This document shows positions 18,818 through 29,454 of a DNA stretch of 64,000 nucleotides, one piece after another. The notes under the pieces were generated by a model, which ran no database searches, was not told where the DNA came from, and saw only the letters and a list, made by a program, of their open reading frames with translations. Both the position numbers and the translations under genes were made by a program. This DNA comes from an uncultured bacterium (GTDB lineage Bacteria; Desulfobacterota_D; UBA1144; Nemesobacterales; UBA2774): contig CAWGRW010000009.1 of NCBI GenBank assembly GCA_963825135.1, forward strand, positions 832,001 to 896,000, written 5' to 3'. Each line of letters opens with the position of its first letter. Position 1 is the stretch's first letter.

Positions 18818-21114
18818 CTTGTACGCCTCTCGTTTATCTGACTTAAATCGATATACACTTCCCTCGGCTTCCCGGCGACCTCCTGCGGACCCACCACACC
18901 CTCTTTCTCCATAATCTCTACTATCCTGGCGGCCCTATTATAACCTATTTTGAGCTTCCTCTGGAGCATGGATATGGAGGCCTGACGGGTCTCGGCTATC
19001 GTCCGGAGTGCCTCATAATACAGCTCGTCCTTTTCGCTCTCGAGGTCCGCGTCGCCCTCCGAATCCTCTATATATGTTATCTTTTCGTTGTAAACGGGCT
19101 TACCCTGGGACTTGATATACTCGGTTATCCCTTCCCTTTCCTCGTCCGATATCAGGGCCCCCTGAATCCTCAAGAGCCTCGAAGTCCCGGGCTCTAGGAA
19201 AAGCATGTCCCCCTTCCCGAGGAGCCTCTCCGCCCCGCCCGCATCGAGGATTATACGGGAATCGATCTTGGACGATACGAGGAACGATATCCTGGCCGGG
19301 AAATTGGCCTTTATGAGCCCGGCCACTATGTCCGCGGACGGGCGCTGCGTCGCGACAATCAGGTGAATACCCGCGGCGCGCGCTTTCTGAGAGAGCCTGG
19401 TAATCGATTCCTTTAGTTCGTTCGGCGCGATCATCATAAGGTCGGCAAGCTCGTCGAGCACTATGACTATGTAAGGAAGGAGTTTGTCCCACTTGTCTTC
19501 GGTCCTTAGTTTCTCGACGTTTTTATTGTGCGTCTCTATGTCCCTCACTCCCTCTTCGGACAGAATCCTGTACCTCTTCTCCATCTCCTCCACGGCCCAC
19601 CTCAGGGCCGCAGCGGCCTTTTTCGGCTCCGTGACTACAGGGTGGAGGAGGTGCGGTATGTCTTCATAGACAGAAAGCTCGAGCATCTTGGGGTCGATCA
19701 TTATGAACTTGAGCTCGTAAGGGCTCGCTTTATACAGCATGCTGGTAATAACCGCGTTCAGGAGCACGCTCTTACCCGAGCCCGTTGTGCCGGCTATCAT
19801 CAGGTGAGGGGCCTTCCTCAGGTCCATATAAAAAGGCAGCCCGGATATATCCTTGCCGAGGGCAAGCGTCAGCATGGACTTTCTCTTGGCAAACTCTACG
19901 TCCTCGAGGAGCTCCCTCAGAACGACCGTCTCTCTTTTCGCGTTCGGGACCTCTATGCCGATTACGTCTTTCCCCGGTATCGGGGCTATTATCCTGATGC
20001 TGAGGGCGCTTAGTCCCATTGCCAGATCGTTCTCAAGCGCCGCAATCCTGTTTATCTTTATGCCGGGCGCGGGCTTATATTCAAACATGGTAATAACCGG
20101 GCCGGGTCTTATCTCGGTCACCTTTCCCGAGACGCCGAAATCCCTTAGTTTTTCCTCTATGAGCCTCGCCTTCTGGTAAACCGCATCCCGGTCTATCTCG
20201 ACTGCGGATTCCATTTTCGGATCGAGCAGGTCGGGAGGGGGGAGTTTGTAGTCTCTGTGTATGACTTCCTTCTTGGGCAAGAAATCCTCGAGCCCCTTGA
20301 GCTTGGGCTGCTCGACGACTATTTCAGGCTTATCGTCCTCGAATGTCCCTTCCTCATCCATCTCCTCTTCCTCGGACGTCTCGTCCTCGAAAAGGGATAT
20401 GTCCTGACCGGACTTCTTCCCGTTAAGCTTTATTATGCCGTTGCCCTTCGACCGCGAGGGTCTCGTTTCGGCCCGCACCTTCGGTCCGGACAGGGATTTT
20501 TTCAAAGATACGAGAAACCCCCCGAACGCCATTACGAAATACTTCGATAACGCATATGATTTCTCGGCTATGAACATCGAAACGTTTCCGAGCGCGCCTA
20601 ATAAGTCCGAGAAAGTTATTCCCGATATTATTATTAAACTCACGAGAAGGATTATGGTTACAATGAGATATGAACCGATGTCGCCGGCGACGCTGTCCCT
20701 CATTATAGACGCGACGGTGTCTCCCACCCACCCTCCGCCGGGGGTGAAACCGAGCAGCCCGGTCTTCGGGTAGAGGAGTCCGAGAAGCACCATTACGGAA
20801 ACAAGGAGCAGGAATGCCGCGGCTGTCTTTCTGTAGAGATTGACGCCTGTATTGTTGATGAATATGACGACTGAGGTATAGAAGAGCACGAGGGGCACGA
20901 CGAAGGCGCATACGCCGAACGCCATCCCGAGAATGCCCGATATATAAACGCCTATGGAACCCATGGCGCCTTTGACGTCGACGCCGGTTTTTCCGCTGTA
21001 GAATATGAGGCTCAGGGCCGAGAACAGCCCGACCGTAAACAATAATGCGGCTATTATCTCCCTGACTATGTAGTCGGAGGCTTCCACTCGGGCACTGCTT
21101 TTTCTTTTAGCCAT
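18814..21114 (-). CDS. ftsK: DNA translocase FtsK
   Basis: N-terminal TM helices, PHLMIAGTTGSGKS, DELADLM, gamma domain LQRKLKIGYNRAAR. Confidence 0.97.
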   Translation of the reverse strand: MAKRKSSARVEASDYIVREIIAALLFTVGLFSALSLIFYSGKTGVDVKGAMGSIGVYISGILGMAFGVCAFVVPLVLFYTSVVIFINNTGVNLYRKTAAAFLLLVSVMVLLGLLYPKTGLLGFTPGGGWVGDTVASIMRDSVAGDIGSYLIVTIILLVSLIIISGITFSDLLGALGNVSMFIAEKSYALSKYFVMAFGGFLVSLKKSLSGPKVRAETRPSRSKGNGIIKLNGKKSGQDISLFEDETSEEEEMDEEGTFEDDKPEIVVEQPKLKGLEDFLPKKEVIHRDYKLPPPDLLDPKMESAVEIDRDAVYQKARLIEEKLRDFGVSGKVTEIRPGPVITMFEYKPAPGIKINRIAALENDLAMGLSALSIRIIAPIPGKDVIGIEVPNAKRETVVLRELLEDVEFAKRKSMLTLALGKDISGLPFYMDLRKAPHLMIAGTTGSGKSVLLNAVITSMLYKASPYELKFIMIDPKMLELSVYEDIPHLLHPVVTEPKKAAAALRWAVEEMEKRYRILSEEGVRDIETHNKNVEKLRTEDKWDKLLPYIVIVLDELADLMMIAPNELKESITRLSQKARAAGIHLIVATQRPSADIVAGLIKANFPARISFLVSSKIDSRIILDAGGAERLLGKGDMLFLEPGTSRLLRIQGALISDEEREGITEYIKSQGKPVYNEKITYIEDSEGDADLESEKDELYYEALRTIAETRQASISMLQRKLKIGYNRAARIVEIMEKEGVVGPQEVAGKPREVYIDLSQINERRTS

Positions 21115-21296
21115 CTATTCTTAAAGCTAATTATACAATATTCGGGATAAGTAAGCAAAATTGTTGAGTTTCAAATGTTTTCCTCTATGCGCCCGAGGAT
21201 AGGCAAAAGGGGCAGCTTGTGCGGATGGATATAAGCGGTCGTGGATTGCTTCAACAAGTGACATATTATTTAATGAGAACAGACAATTAGCGACTC

Positions 21297-22760
21297 TTAT
21301 CCGCCCTGGAATGCCACAAGTACGGACCCCGCGGCTTTTATTGCCAGGTCCCAGGAGTCGAGCGGGAACACGCCCAGGAGTAGCGTTCCCAGGGAAAGGA
21401 CGACGAGCGCTACCGAAGACGCGATTTTGAACGAAGGGAAGGCGACCGTCTCTTCCTTCATGTACGCGTAGACCAGCACCCTCAGATAATAATAGGCGGA
21501 GACCACGCTGCTCAGTATGCCTATTACGGCGAGCCAGTAAAATCCGGCCTGTACCGCGGATAAAAACACCCTGTACTTCGCGAAGAAGCCGATTGTGGGC
21601 GGTATGCCTGCGAGCGAGAACATAAACACACCCAATGCCAGGGCGAGGAAAGGCCTCCTGCCCCAGAGCCCCGCCAGGTCCTCGAACGTCTCGCACTCAT
21701 GCCCGTCGCGGGAGAGATAGGACAGCACCCCGAAGGCGCCCAGGTTCATGAACGCGTAGGCGAAGAGGTAGTAAATAACGCTCCCGACGCCGAGCTCCTT
21801 CCCGCCGTATGCGGCCACTACACCGACAAGCGCGTATCCCGCGTGCGCGATGCTCGAGTAAGCGAGCATGCGTTTTATGCTCTTCTGGGTTATGGCCGCG
21901 ATATTGCCGACTATCATCGTAAATATCGCGACGATCCAGAGGACAGGCATTATGCTCACCTGGAGCTGGTAAAAACCCTCGAAAATCACTCTCAACAGGA
22001 CCGCGAAGGCGGCGGCCTTGACCCCGACGGACATGAAAGCGGTAGCCGTCATGGGGGCCCCCTCATAAACGTCGGGAACCCACTGGTGGAGGGGGAATGC
22101 GCCTATCTTGAAAAGAAATCCCACGAGCACGAGCGCGCTCCCGGCTACGTATAGCGGATTCGCCTTGTCGAAATTCATAAATATCTCGCTCAGGTAAATC
22201 GACCCCGAAGCCCCGTAAAGAAGCGCGATCCCGTAAAGGAGTATCGCCGAGGAGAACCCGCCCAGGACGAGATACTTTATGCCGGCCTCGGTCGAGCGGG
22301 CGGACTTCCTGTTAAAAGCCGACATCACATAAACGGAAATAGACATTATTTCGAATCCGAGAAAAAGGGACATGAACTCCGTGGCCGAGGCCAGTATCAT
22401 CATCCCTGAGGTGGAAAAAAGAATGAGCGCGTAAAATTCGCTCGTGTAATGTATGAAGCCGGTCAAATAATCCTTTGAGAAAACGACAGCGACTGCCGCG
22501 CCCAGTATGAAAATGATGTTGAAATAGGCGGCAAACTGGTCGAGCGACAGCGCGCCAGAAAAGGCGGACATGTCGCCGCTGAACCTTTTTAAATTCAGAA
22601 TAAAACAGAGCGCAAGCCCGGCGAGCGCGACCCAGAAGAGGTTTTTTTTCACCTCGCCCTTTGTTATCGGGTCGAGGATTATCAATACGATTCCGGCAGC
22701 GATTAAAGAGATTTCGGGGCCTATTAGCAGGGTGCTGTGAAGAACTTCGCTCAAATCCAT
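21297..22760 (-). CDS. nuoN: NADH-quinone oxidoreductase subunit N
   Basis: EAGIKYLVLG, FKIGAFPLHQWVPDVYEGAP, KRMLAYSSIAHAGY. Confidence 0.94.
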   Translation of the reverse strand: MDLSEVLHSTLLIGPEISLIAAGIVLIILDPITKGEVKKNLFWVALAGLALCFILNLKRFSGDMSAFSGALSLDQFAAYFNIIFILGAAVAVVFSKDYLTGFIHYTSEFYALILFSTSGMMILASATEFMSLFLGFEIMSISVYVMSAFNRKSARSTEAGIKYLVLGGFSSAILLYGIALLYGASGSIYLSEIFMNFDKANPLYVAGSALVLVGFLFKIGAFPLHQWVPDVYEGAPMTATAFMSVGVKAAAFAVLLRVIFEGFYQLQVSIMPVLWIVAIFTMIVGNIAAITQKSIKRMLAYSSIAHAGYALVGVVAAYGGKELGVGSVIYYLFAYAFMNLGAFGVLSYLSRDGHECETFEDLAGLWGRRPFLALALGVFMFSLAGIPPTIGFFAKYRVFLSAVQAGFYWLAVIGILSSVVSAYYYLRVLVYAYMKEETVAFPSFKIASSVALVVLSLGTLLLGVFPLDSWDLAIKAAGSVLVAFQGG

Positions 22761-22856
22761 TCAGGAATTCTCCGACGTAAGTGTGCCAAACAAGCGAGGT
22801 GGATTTCGGGACTTTAGTATGTGGGAGCGAGGGGGGGTTGTCAAGTTTGAAAGACG

Positions 22857-23678
22857 TCAGGAGAGGGGAGAGCCTTCGATCTCGCAGTCAGGCTGGGAGA
22901 CCTCTTCCACTCCGTGGATCGACGGCTTCTCGCCGCAGAGACGGCATCCGGGGTCTTTCTTGATCCCGACAGAATTGAACGACATGTTAAGCGCGTTAAA
23001 TACGAGCAGGCGGTCCGTAAGCGGCTCCCCGATTTCTAATATCTGCTTGAGCGCCTCGAGGGCCTGCAGCGTGCCTATTGTGCCCGCCGCAGCGCCGAGT
23101 ATGCCGGCTTCCTGGCAGCTCGGTACCACACCCCTGGGCGGGAGCTCGGGATAGAGGCACCTGTAACAGGCCCCTCCCGCGTGGGGCTTGAATACGGCGA
23201 CCTGTCCTTCGAACTGGAATATAGCGCCCGACACGAGCGTCTTCCTCTCGAAATAACACGCGTCGTTCGCGAGGTATCTCGTCGGGAAATTATCCGAGCC
23301 GTCAACGACAATATCGTAGTCCCTGATCATTTCCCTTATGTTATCTTTGGAAACGTGTCCGTCATGGAGGACGATATTCACGTCAGGGTTTAATTGTTCG
23401 AGCTTTTCTCCGGCCGATTCGGTCTTGGGCTTGCCGATGTCCGCGGTATAGTGAAGCACCTGCCTGTGGAGGTTCGAAATATCCACCCTGTCGGAATCGG
23501 CAATCCCTATCGTACCCACCCCTGCTGCGGCGAGGTAAAGGGCTACGGGTGATCCGAGCCCTCCCATTCCCAGGCAAAATACCCTGGATTTAAGGAGCTT
23601 CTCCTGTCCCGCTCCGCCGACCTCGGGGAGCAGTATATGCCTGCTGTACCTGTATATCTGATCTTCCGTCAACCGCAC
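22857..23678 (-). CDS. moeB: MoeB/ThiF-family (E1-like) adenylyltransferase, no rhodanese domain
   Basis: RYSRHILLPEVG, GMGGLG, SNLHRQ, CYRC, C-terminal CRLC. Confidence 0.9.
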   Translation of the reverse strand: MRLTEDQIYRYSRHILLPEVGGAGQEKLLKSRVFCLGMGGLGSPVALYLAAAGVGTIGIADSDRVDISNLHRQVLHYTADIGKPKTESAGEKLEQLNPDVNIVLHDGHVSKDNIREMIRDYDIVVDGSDNFPTRYLANDACYFERKTLVSGAIFQFEGQVAVFKPHAGGACYRCLYPELPPRGVVPSCQEAGILGAAAGTIGTLQALEALKQILEIGEPLTDRLLVFNALNMSFNSVGIKKDPGCRLCGEKPSIHGVEEVSQPDCEIEGSPLS

Positions 23679-23688
23679 TTTATTCCTC

Positions 23689-24102
23689 TCAGCCTTCTGC
23701 TAATTCTACATCAGCTTCTATGAACCTGGAATCGAAGTCCTCGAGTATCCAGGCCCTCGCGTCCTTGTATTTACCGTCGTATATCGAGAAAATCATGTAC
23801 ACCCATTCGGGCCACGCCCGCTGCCTGTCAGTTTCCGAGGCGAAAGACGGATGGTCGGGATGCGAGTGGTAGATACCAGTAATTTCGAGACCGTTCGCTC
23901 TTGCCCACTCGTCGGCTTCTTTAAACGAGACCGGGTCCAGGTCATAACGGTCGTGCGCCCTTTCCGTATTCAGGTTCCCGCATTCTCTGTATTGCGTTAT
24001 CAAGCCTTCGGTCCCTATGAGGACGCCGCAGACCTCGTGGGGGAACCCCGACTCGGCGTGTCTTATTATCCCCTCGTAAACCGACTTAAGAATCCTTACC
24101 AC
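23689..24102 (-). CDS. JAMM/M67 metallopeptidase (Mec-like)
   Basis: PHEVCG, YHSHPD..S..D JAMM motif. Confidence 0.9.
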   Translation of the reverse strand: MVRILKSVYEGIIRHAESGFPHEVCGVLIGTEGLITQYRECGNLNTERAHDRYDLDPVSFKEADEWARANGLEITGIYHSHPDHPSFASETDRQRAWPEWVYMIFSIYDGKYKDARAWILEDFDSRFIEADVELAEG

Positions 24103-25046
24103 CAGATCCCTCCGCTCAGATACCTGTACCCGCCGTCCGGGAAAACGGTGACGAGCACGCCCTCTTTCAGTTTCTTCGCATACTCGACGGTCGCGAATGC
24201 CACGGCGCCGCCCGAGTGACCTATGAAAATCCCTTCCTTCTTAAGAAGCTCCTTCATGAAATCATAAGCGTCTTCCGTAGTAACCCTGATGAGCTCATCG
24301 GGGAACGCGGAATCATAAATGCCGGGGACGATAGATGTAGGCATATGCTTCATACCCTCGAGACCGTGGAGCGCTTCGGCCGGCTCGACAGCAATCGCGG
24401 TTATATCCGGGTTAAACTCCTTCAGCCTTCTCGAGGTGCCCATGAAAGTCCCGCTCGTGCCGAGCCCCGCAAAAAAATGCGTGACCCTGCCCTCCGTCTG
24501 CTCCCAGATCTCCACGGCCGTGGATTCGTAATGCGATTTCGGGTTCTCGGGGTTGTTGTACTGATCGGGCATGAAATATTTTTCGGGGTTTTCGGCCTTC
24601 AGTTTTCTCGCGAGCCTGATCGCTCCGTCCGATCCCTCGAGCGGGTCAGAGTAAATTATCTTCGAGCCGAAGGCCTGGAGGGTCTTCTTTCTTTCTATGT
24701 TTATATTTTCGGGAATTACGAGCTCGACTTTATATCCGAGCGCGGCCCCTATCATGGCGTAGGCGATGGCCGTGTTCCCGGAAGAGGAATCCATAAGGAT
24801 TTTATCGGGCGTGAGCTTGCCCGTGCGGATGCCGTCGAGGATCATCCACAACGCGGGCCTGTCCTTTACGGAGCCCCCAGGGTTAAACCATTCGGCCTTG
24901 GCATACACCTCGACGCCGGGACTCAAACCCTCCGTAACATGAGTCAGCCTGATTAGCGGGGTATCCCCCACCAAATCAATTACGGAACCGGCCCTCTTAA
25001 GTCTTATGTCGAGTGATTTTTTTCTCGCTACGGATAAATCCATCAA
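24096..25046 (-). CDS. cysM: PLP-dependent cysteine synthase (CysM/CysK family)
   Basis: NPGGSVKDR, SSSGNT, GLGTSGT, PDGGYRYLS. Confidence 0.88.
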   Translation of the reverse strand: MMDLSVARKKSLDIRLKRAGSVIDLVGDTPLIRLTHVTEGLSPGVEVYAKAEWFNPGGSVKDRPALWMILDGIRTGKLTPDKILMDSSSGNTAIAYAMIGAALGYKVELVIPENINIERKKTLQAFGSKIIYSDPLEGSDGAIRLARKLKAENPEKYFMPDQYNNPENPKSHYESTAVEIWEQTEGRVTHFFAGLGTSGTFMGTSRRLKEFNPDITAIAVEPAEALHGLEGMKHMPTSIVPGIYDSAFPDELIRVTTEDAYDFMKELLKKEGIFIGHSGGAVAFATVEYAKKLKEGVLVTVFPDGGYRYLSGGIWW

Positions 25047-25279
25047 CGGCGCTCAATAAGAAGTTTGTAGAACTCGCCCTCCTGTCGGACGTCCAGAATC
25101 TTATGCCCTTCGGCCATTATGCTCTTGGGAACGTTCGTCAACGGCTCGCCTTCCCTCAGTATAACCTCAAGCACCTGTCCCGTGGACATAGTCTCGAGCT
25201 TGAGCTTGGTTTTTACGTACGTCATGGGGCAAATCTCTTTGGTTATGTCTATTTGATTATCGATCTTGCGGGTCTCCAT
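25043..25279 (-). CDS. TusA/SirA-family sulfur carrier
   Basis: IDITKEICPMTYVKTKL; GGGAGG RBS. Confidence 0.88.
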   Translation of the reverse strand: METRKIDNQIDITKEICPMTYVKTKLKLETMSTGQVLEVILREGEPLTNVPKSIMAEGHKILDVRQEGEFYKLLIERR

Positions 25280-25450
25280 TTCTAGTAAACCTCCCTTACT
25301 ATCCCCCTTTAAAATTTACATAATTGCAATCTTAAGAGTACCATATAGGCATAGCCTGCACAAACCCGCTCCGCCCGGAAGCGACCTTCCCGTTATAGCT
25401 TTATTGATTTAGCCCAGGGACTTATTCGCTCAAGACCCGGCGGGAGGCTA

Positions 25451-25597
25451 TCACTTATCCTCCGTTTTAATGTCTATGACCGGGTTATCCGATTCGGTAT
25501 TCCTTTTAGAGAGATTCCTTTGCTTCCCCTCGGCAGACATCTTCCCAAGCCAGAAAGCAATCAGTATTATCAATACGAGCAACAGTATCTTAGTCAT
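25451..25597 (-). CDS. Small single-TM protein (48 aa), not in ORF track
   Basis: MTKILLLVLIILIAFWLGKMSAEGKQRNLSKRNTESDNPVIDIKTEDK, immediately downstream of purQ. Confidence 0.6.
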   Translation of the reverse strand: MTKILLLVLIILIAFWLGKMSAEGKQRNLSKRNTESDNPVIDIKTEDK

Positions 25598-25616
25598 GCT
25601 CCGGTCCTTCAGCCCT

Positions 25617-26339
25617 TCATGATGCCTTGCTTTTCGTCTTTTTGCCGAGCCCGAACCAGGAAATTACGGACTCGAAAATGAATCTGCCGTCGGTCCCGCC
25701 GAGGACGCTCTCCGAGCATCTCTCCGGATGGGGCATCATTCCGAGCACATTCCCGGATTTATTGCATATCCCGGCAATGTTCTCGATAGACCCGTTCGGA
25801 TTGGATTCGGAAACCACATTCCCCTCCCCGTCGCAGTACCGGAATACGACTTGCGAATTTTCTTCAAGCGCTTTCAGTACGTCCCCCGTGCAATAGTAGC
25901 TCCCCTCGCCGTGAGCCACCGGCATCCTGAGCACGTCCCCCTCTTTCAGGTTGCCGGTAAATACCGTTTTATTGTTTTCCACTCTGATATTGACCCACCT
26001 GCAAACAAACCGGAGCGAGGAGTTCCTGATGAGCACGCCCGGCAGAAGCCCGGCCTCGACCAATATCTGAAACCCGTTGCATGTCCCCAGGACCGGGCCG
26101 CCGCGTGAGGCGAATTTTTCAACCGAGTCCATGATAGGGGACAAACTGGCGATAGCCCCCGTCCTCAGATAATCGCCGTATGAAAAGCCGCCGGGAATGA
26201 TAATGCAGTCGAATTTGCCGAGGTTCACGTCTTCGTGCCATACGAACTCGCAGCTCTGTCCCATCACATGCTTGATTACATGGTAGCTGTCGTGATCGCA
26301 GTTTGATCCCGGGAATACGATAACTCCGAATTTATACAT
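25617..26339 (-). CDS. purQ: FGAM synthase subunit PurQ
   Basis: [34 protein letters not shown]. Confidence 0.97.
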   Translation of the reverse strand: MYKFGVIVFPGSNCDHDSYHVIKHVMGQSCEFVWHEDVNLGKFDCIIIPGGFSYGDYLRTGAIASLSPIMDSVEKFASRGGPVLGTCNGFQILVEAGLLPGVLIRNSSLRFVCRWVNIRVENNKTVFTGNLKEGDVLRMPVAHGEGSYYCTGDVLKALEENSQVVFRYCDGEGNVVSESNPNGSIENIAGICNKSGNVLGMMPHPERCSESVLGGTDGRFIFESVISWFGLGKKTKSKAS

Positions 26340-26340
26340 A

Positions 26341-26598
26341 TTATTCCTCTACATTTACGACGAAGTCCTCGATCACCGGGTTCGAAAGAATCTTTCTGCA
26401 CATTTCGTCGACCCGCTTTCTCACGTTCTCGGCGCTCCCGTCCTTCACCCTGAGCTCGATGAGCTTCCCGACTCTCGCGTCATGCACTTCGTCGAACCCG
26501 AGGTTTGTCAGAGCCGAAAGAACGGATTTCCCCTGCGGGTCGAGAACTACCGGCTTCAGCCTCACTTCAACTTTGACTTTGAATTCCTTCATATCCAT
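26341..26598 (-). CDS. purS: FGAM synthase subunit PurS
   Basis: [23 protein letters not shown]. Confidence 0.96.
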   Translation of the reverse strand: MDMKEFKVKVEVRLKPVVLDPQGKSVLSALTNLGFDEVHDARVGKLIELRVKDGSAENVRKRVDEMCRKILSNPVIEDFVVNVEE

Positions 26599-26616
26599 TT
26601 CTCAACGCCCTTATTG

Positions 26617-27456
26617 TTATTTATTTCCCAATAGTGTCGATGCGAGCCTCTCGAGCTCGTCGTCCGAGTAATAATCGATCTCGATCCTGCCTTTACCCTT
26701 ATTATATATAATCCTGACCTGCGTGCTGAGCGACCCCTTGAGGTCGTCGGTGATCCTCTGCACATACGGATCGACAACCCTGGGACTGACTTCGGATTTC
26801 TTTTCGCGATGCATATTCCTTATAAGACTCTCTGTCCTTCTTACCGAGAGCTTCTGCTTTCTTATCGCCTGCAGCACCAGATTAGCTTCCGAAAGGGACT
26901 CGAGGCCGAGGAGGGCGCGGGCATGCCCCGCCGTTATTTCCTCTTCGATAAGCGCGCGCTTCGCCTCCTCGGAGAGTTTCAGCAGCCGGAGCTGGTTCGT
27001 AATCGTCGACCTGTCCTTGCCTATCTGCACGGACACCTCTTCATGCGTGAGCCCGTACACCTCTATTAAATGCTGGTATCCGGTAGCCTCTTCGATCGGG
27101 TTCAGGTCCTCCCTCTGGAGGTTCTCGATGAGCGCAAGCTCGAGCGCCTCTCCGTCCGATGCGTCTTTTACGATCACGGGCACCCTGACGATACCGGCCT
27201 TCTGTGCGGCCCTCCACCTCCTCTCGCCGGCGATTATCTCGTACCCGCTCCCTGACTGGCGCACGACTATCGGCTGAATGATGCCCTTTTCCTTGATGGA
27301 AGCCGTGAGCTCGGCAATGGCGTCGTCGTCGAAATCCTTCCGCGGCTGACGCGTATTGGGTCTGATCTCATGGATGCTGACGAGCGTAAGTCCCTGCTCC
27401 CTGCTCTCCTTCGGTATCAGGGCATCGAGTCCTCTACCCAACGTAGCTTTTTTCAA
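26617..27456 (-). CDS. parB: Chromosome partitioning protein ParB/Spo0J
   Basis: LGRGLDALI, QPRKDF, IAGERRWRA, ENLQREDLNPIEEA. Confidence 0.96.
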   Translation of the reverse strand: MKKATLGRGLDALIPKESREQGLTLVSIHEIRPNTRQPRKDFDDDAIAELTASIKEKGIIQPIVVRQSGSGYEIIAGERRWRAAQKAGIVRVPVIVKDASDGEALELALIENLQREDLNPIEEATGYQHLIEVYGLTHEEVSVQIGKDRSTITNQLRLLKLSEEAKRALIEEEITAGHARALLGLESLSEANLVLQAIRKQKLSVRRTESLIRNMHREKKSEVSPRVVDPYVQRITDDLKGSLSTQVRIIYNKGKGRIEIDYYSDDELERLASTLLGNK

Positions 27457-28240
27457 TTATTTCCCCTCCGTTCCTTGCGATTATTTCCTGCGCAAGCGAG
27501 ATATAGGTCTGCGCTCCGATAGATTTTATATCATAGAGCAAAATCGGTTTGCCGTGACTCGGGGATTCGGCGAGTCTCACGTTCCTGTAGATAATGGTTT
27601 CGAATACCTCTTCGCTGAAATAGGTCTTGAGCTCGTTCGCGACGACATGGCAGATCTTGTTCCTCGAATCGAACATGGTGAGCAGGTAGCCCTCGACTTT
27701 GAGCTCGGGATTGATTCTTTGGCGTATGAGCGAGATCGTGCGTTTCAGCTGACCGAGCCCTTCGAGCGCGTAGTATTCGCACTGCACAGGCACGAGGACT
27801 GAATCCGCGGCCGTGAGCGCGTTCACAGTGAGGAGGCTCAGGGAAGGGGGGCAGTCTATAAATATATAATCGTAGTCTCCGACAATATCGTTTATCGCCT
27901 CTTTGAGCCTCCATTCCCTGTTATCGAGATGTATCAGCTCGACTTCGGCCCCCGTGAGATCGGGGTTCGCGGGGACCACCTTCAAATACCCCTTGAGAAA
28001 TTCGGGCTCGATCTCAACAACTATATCCTCGATGCGTACATCCCCTATTATGGCATCGTATATACTTTTTTTGATTTCGTCCTTGTTAATTCCCACCCCG
28101 CTCGTAGCGTTTGCCTGAGGATCGAAATCAATGAATAGAGTCTTTTTTTGGGCCGCGGCGAGCGATGCCGCAAGATTTATAACCGTGGTAGTTTTGCCCA
28201 CGCCACCTTTCTGATTCGCGACACAAATAACCTTTCCCAT
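27434..28240 (-). CDS. parA: Chromosome partitioning ATPase ParA/Soj
   Basis: NQKGGVGKTTT, DPQANAT, DCPPSL, QCEYYALEG. Confidence 0.96.
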   Translation of the reverse strand: MGKVICVANQKGGVGKTTTVINLAASLAAAQKKTLFIDFDPQANATSGVGINKDEIKKSIYDAIIGDVRIEDIVVEIEPEFLKGYLKVVPANPDLTGAEVELIHLDNREWRLKEAINDIVGDYDYIFIDCPPSLSLLTVNALTAADSVLVPVQCEYYALEGLGQLKRTISLIRQRINPELKVEGYLLTMFDSRNKICHVVANELKTYFSEEVFETIIYRNVRLAESPSHGKPILLYDIKSIGAQTYISLAQEIIARNGGEIIEKSYVG

Positions 28241-28621
28241 TTCCCTCTGCCCTTATTACCTTGAAAATACTCCGGTGTGAAACTTGCGGATTTTGTTAAT
28301 TACAAAAACCCCTTCGTGAGTTCGAGCGACCCGCAATTCAATATAGATATTACCATATTATCCATAATCGTCTTTTGCCGCAAGACTGACCGGGTCATAA
28401 CGGCTTTCGAATTACCCGGGACCGGCGCTATCCCCAATATTCGTCCCAATCCGCCATAAGAACTGCGTTTTTTTAATATTACAGAAGAAATTAATTACGG
28501 GGTTGAATTTAACGGCGGATATATGTATGATTGGACTTCTGGAAATCAGAGTTGGGTTGGCGAATTCTGTGCCTGGCGACTGGTCGGGTCTGGTTGCCTA
28601 ACAAAATCAGAGGAGCGGGAT

Positions 28622-29452
28622 ATGTATAAGGATCACCTTACGATCATGCTGATTACTCCAGGCGGTAAAGGTCCAAAAGCTCTTAACATAAAAATATCTC
28701 ATTTAAAAATATTCTTCTTCAGCGTCGCAATTTTCACGGTTATTTCTCTCGTTTCATTCGCATCCACTTACACCTACTACAAAGCCTCGGAATCAAAAGC
28801 CAGGTCTGTGAAACACCTCGCATATACTATTGATACGCTGAGTCAGGATCTGATAGTGAACAAGTCGGCGGAAACGAATCTGCGGGGCAGAATGAAGGAC
28901 ATAGAGAACAAGCTCCTGGAAATGCAGGAGATGCTCGACAAGAAAGGCATTAAGAAAGACCTGGCGGTAGGCGGAGAGTTCATACCGGCAGACAGGCTGA
29001 GCATATCCTATGTGGACTATATGGAGAAGGATATCGAGGACCTGTTCAACACAATGAAGAACCTGCCCGTGGGGACGCCGCTTGAAGGGAAAATTAATTC
29101 TGGCTTCGGCTACAGGAAAGACCCCTTCCGGTCCAGCATCGGATTCCATTCCGGTATAGACATAGACGCGAAACTCGGGGACCCGGTTGTCGCGACTGCG
29201 GACGGAATTGTAAAAAAGACGGGATGGCAGGGAAGCTACGGGAAAACCGTTGTGCTCCAGCACGAAGACGGGTTCGAAACAATTTACGGACACCTTTCGA
29301 AAATCTCTGTGGAAGAAGGGCAGAAAGTGAAAGTGGGGGAAGTAATAGGAAAAGCGGGCAATACCGGAAGGTCGACCGGCACGCACCTGCATTACGAAGT
29401 CATTAAAGACGGTAAAAGAGTTAACCCGTCAAATTTCCTGTCGCTGAAATAG
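28622..29452 (+). CDS. M23-family peptidoglycan endopeptidase with TM and coiled coil
   Basis: HSGIDI, YGHL, TGRSTGTHLHYE; ATG at 28622 with GAGGAG upstream. Confidence 0.9.
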   Translation: MYKDHLTIMLITPGGKGPKALNIKISHLKIFFFSVAIFTVISLVSFASTYTYYKASESKARSVKHLAYTIDTLSQDLIVNKSAETNLRGRMKDIENKLLEMQEMLDKKGIKKDLAVGGEFIPADRLSISYVDYMEKDIEDLFNTMKNLPVGTPLEGKINSGFGYRKDPFRSSIGFHSGIDIDAKLGDPVVATADGIVKKTGWQGSYGKTVVLQHEDGFETIYGHLSKISVEEGQKVKVGEVIGKAGNTGRSTGTHLHYEVIKDGKRVNPSNFLSLK

Positions 29453-29454
29453 AT

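Noticed and set aside
21297..21310. NuoN ends in GG just downstream of an E1/JAMM operon
   Set aside because: Polytopic membrane subunit with no beta-grasp domain; almost certainly coincidence
25362..25375. AAACCCGCTCCGCC also present near 49813
   Set aside because: A single 14-mer match is expected by chance in 64 kb; no shared context
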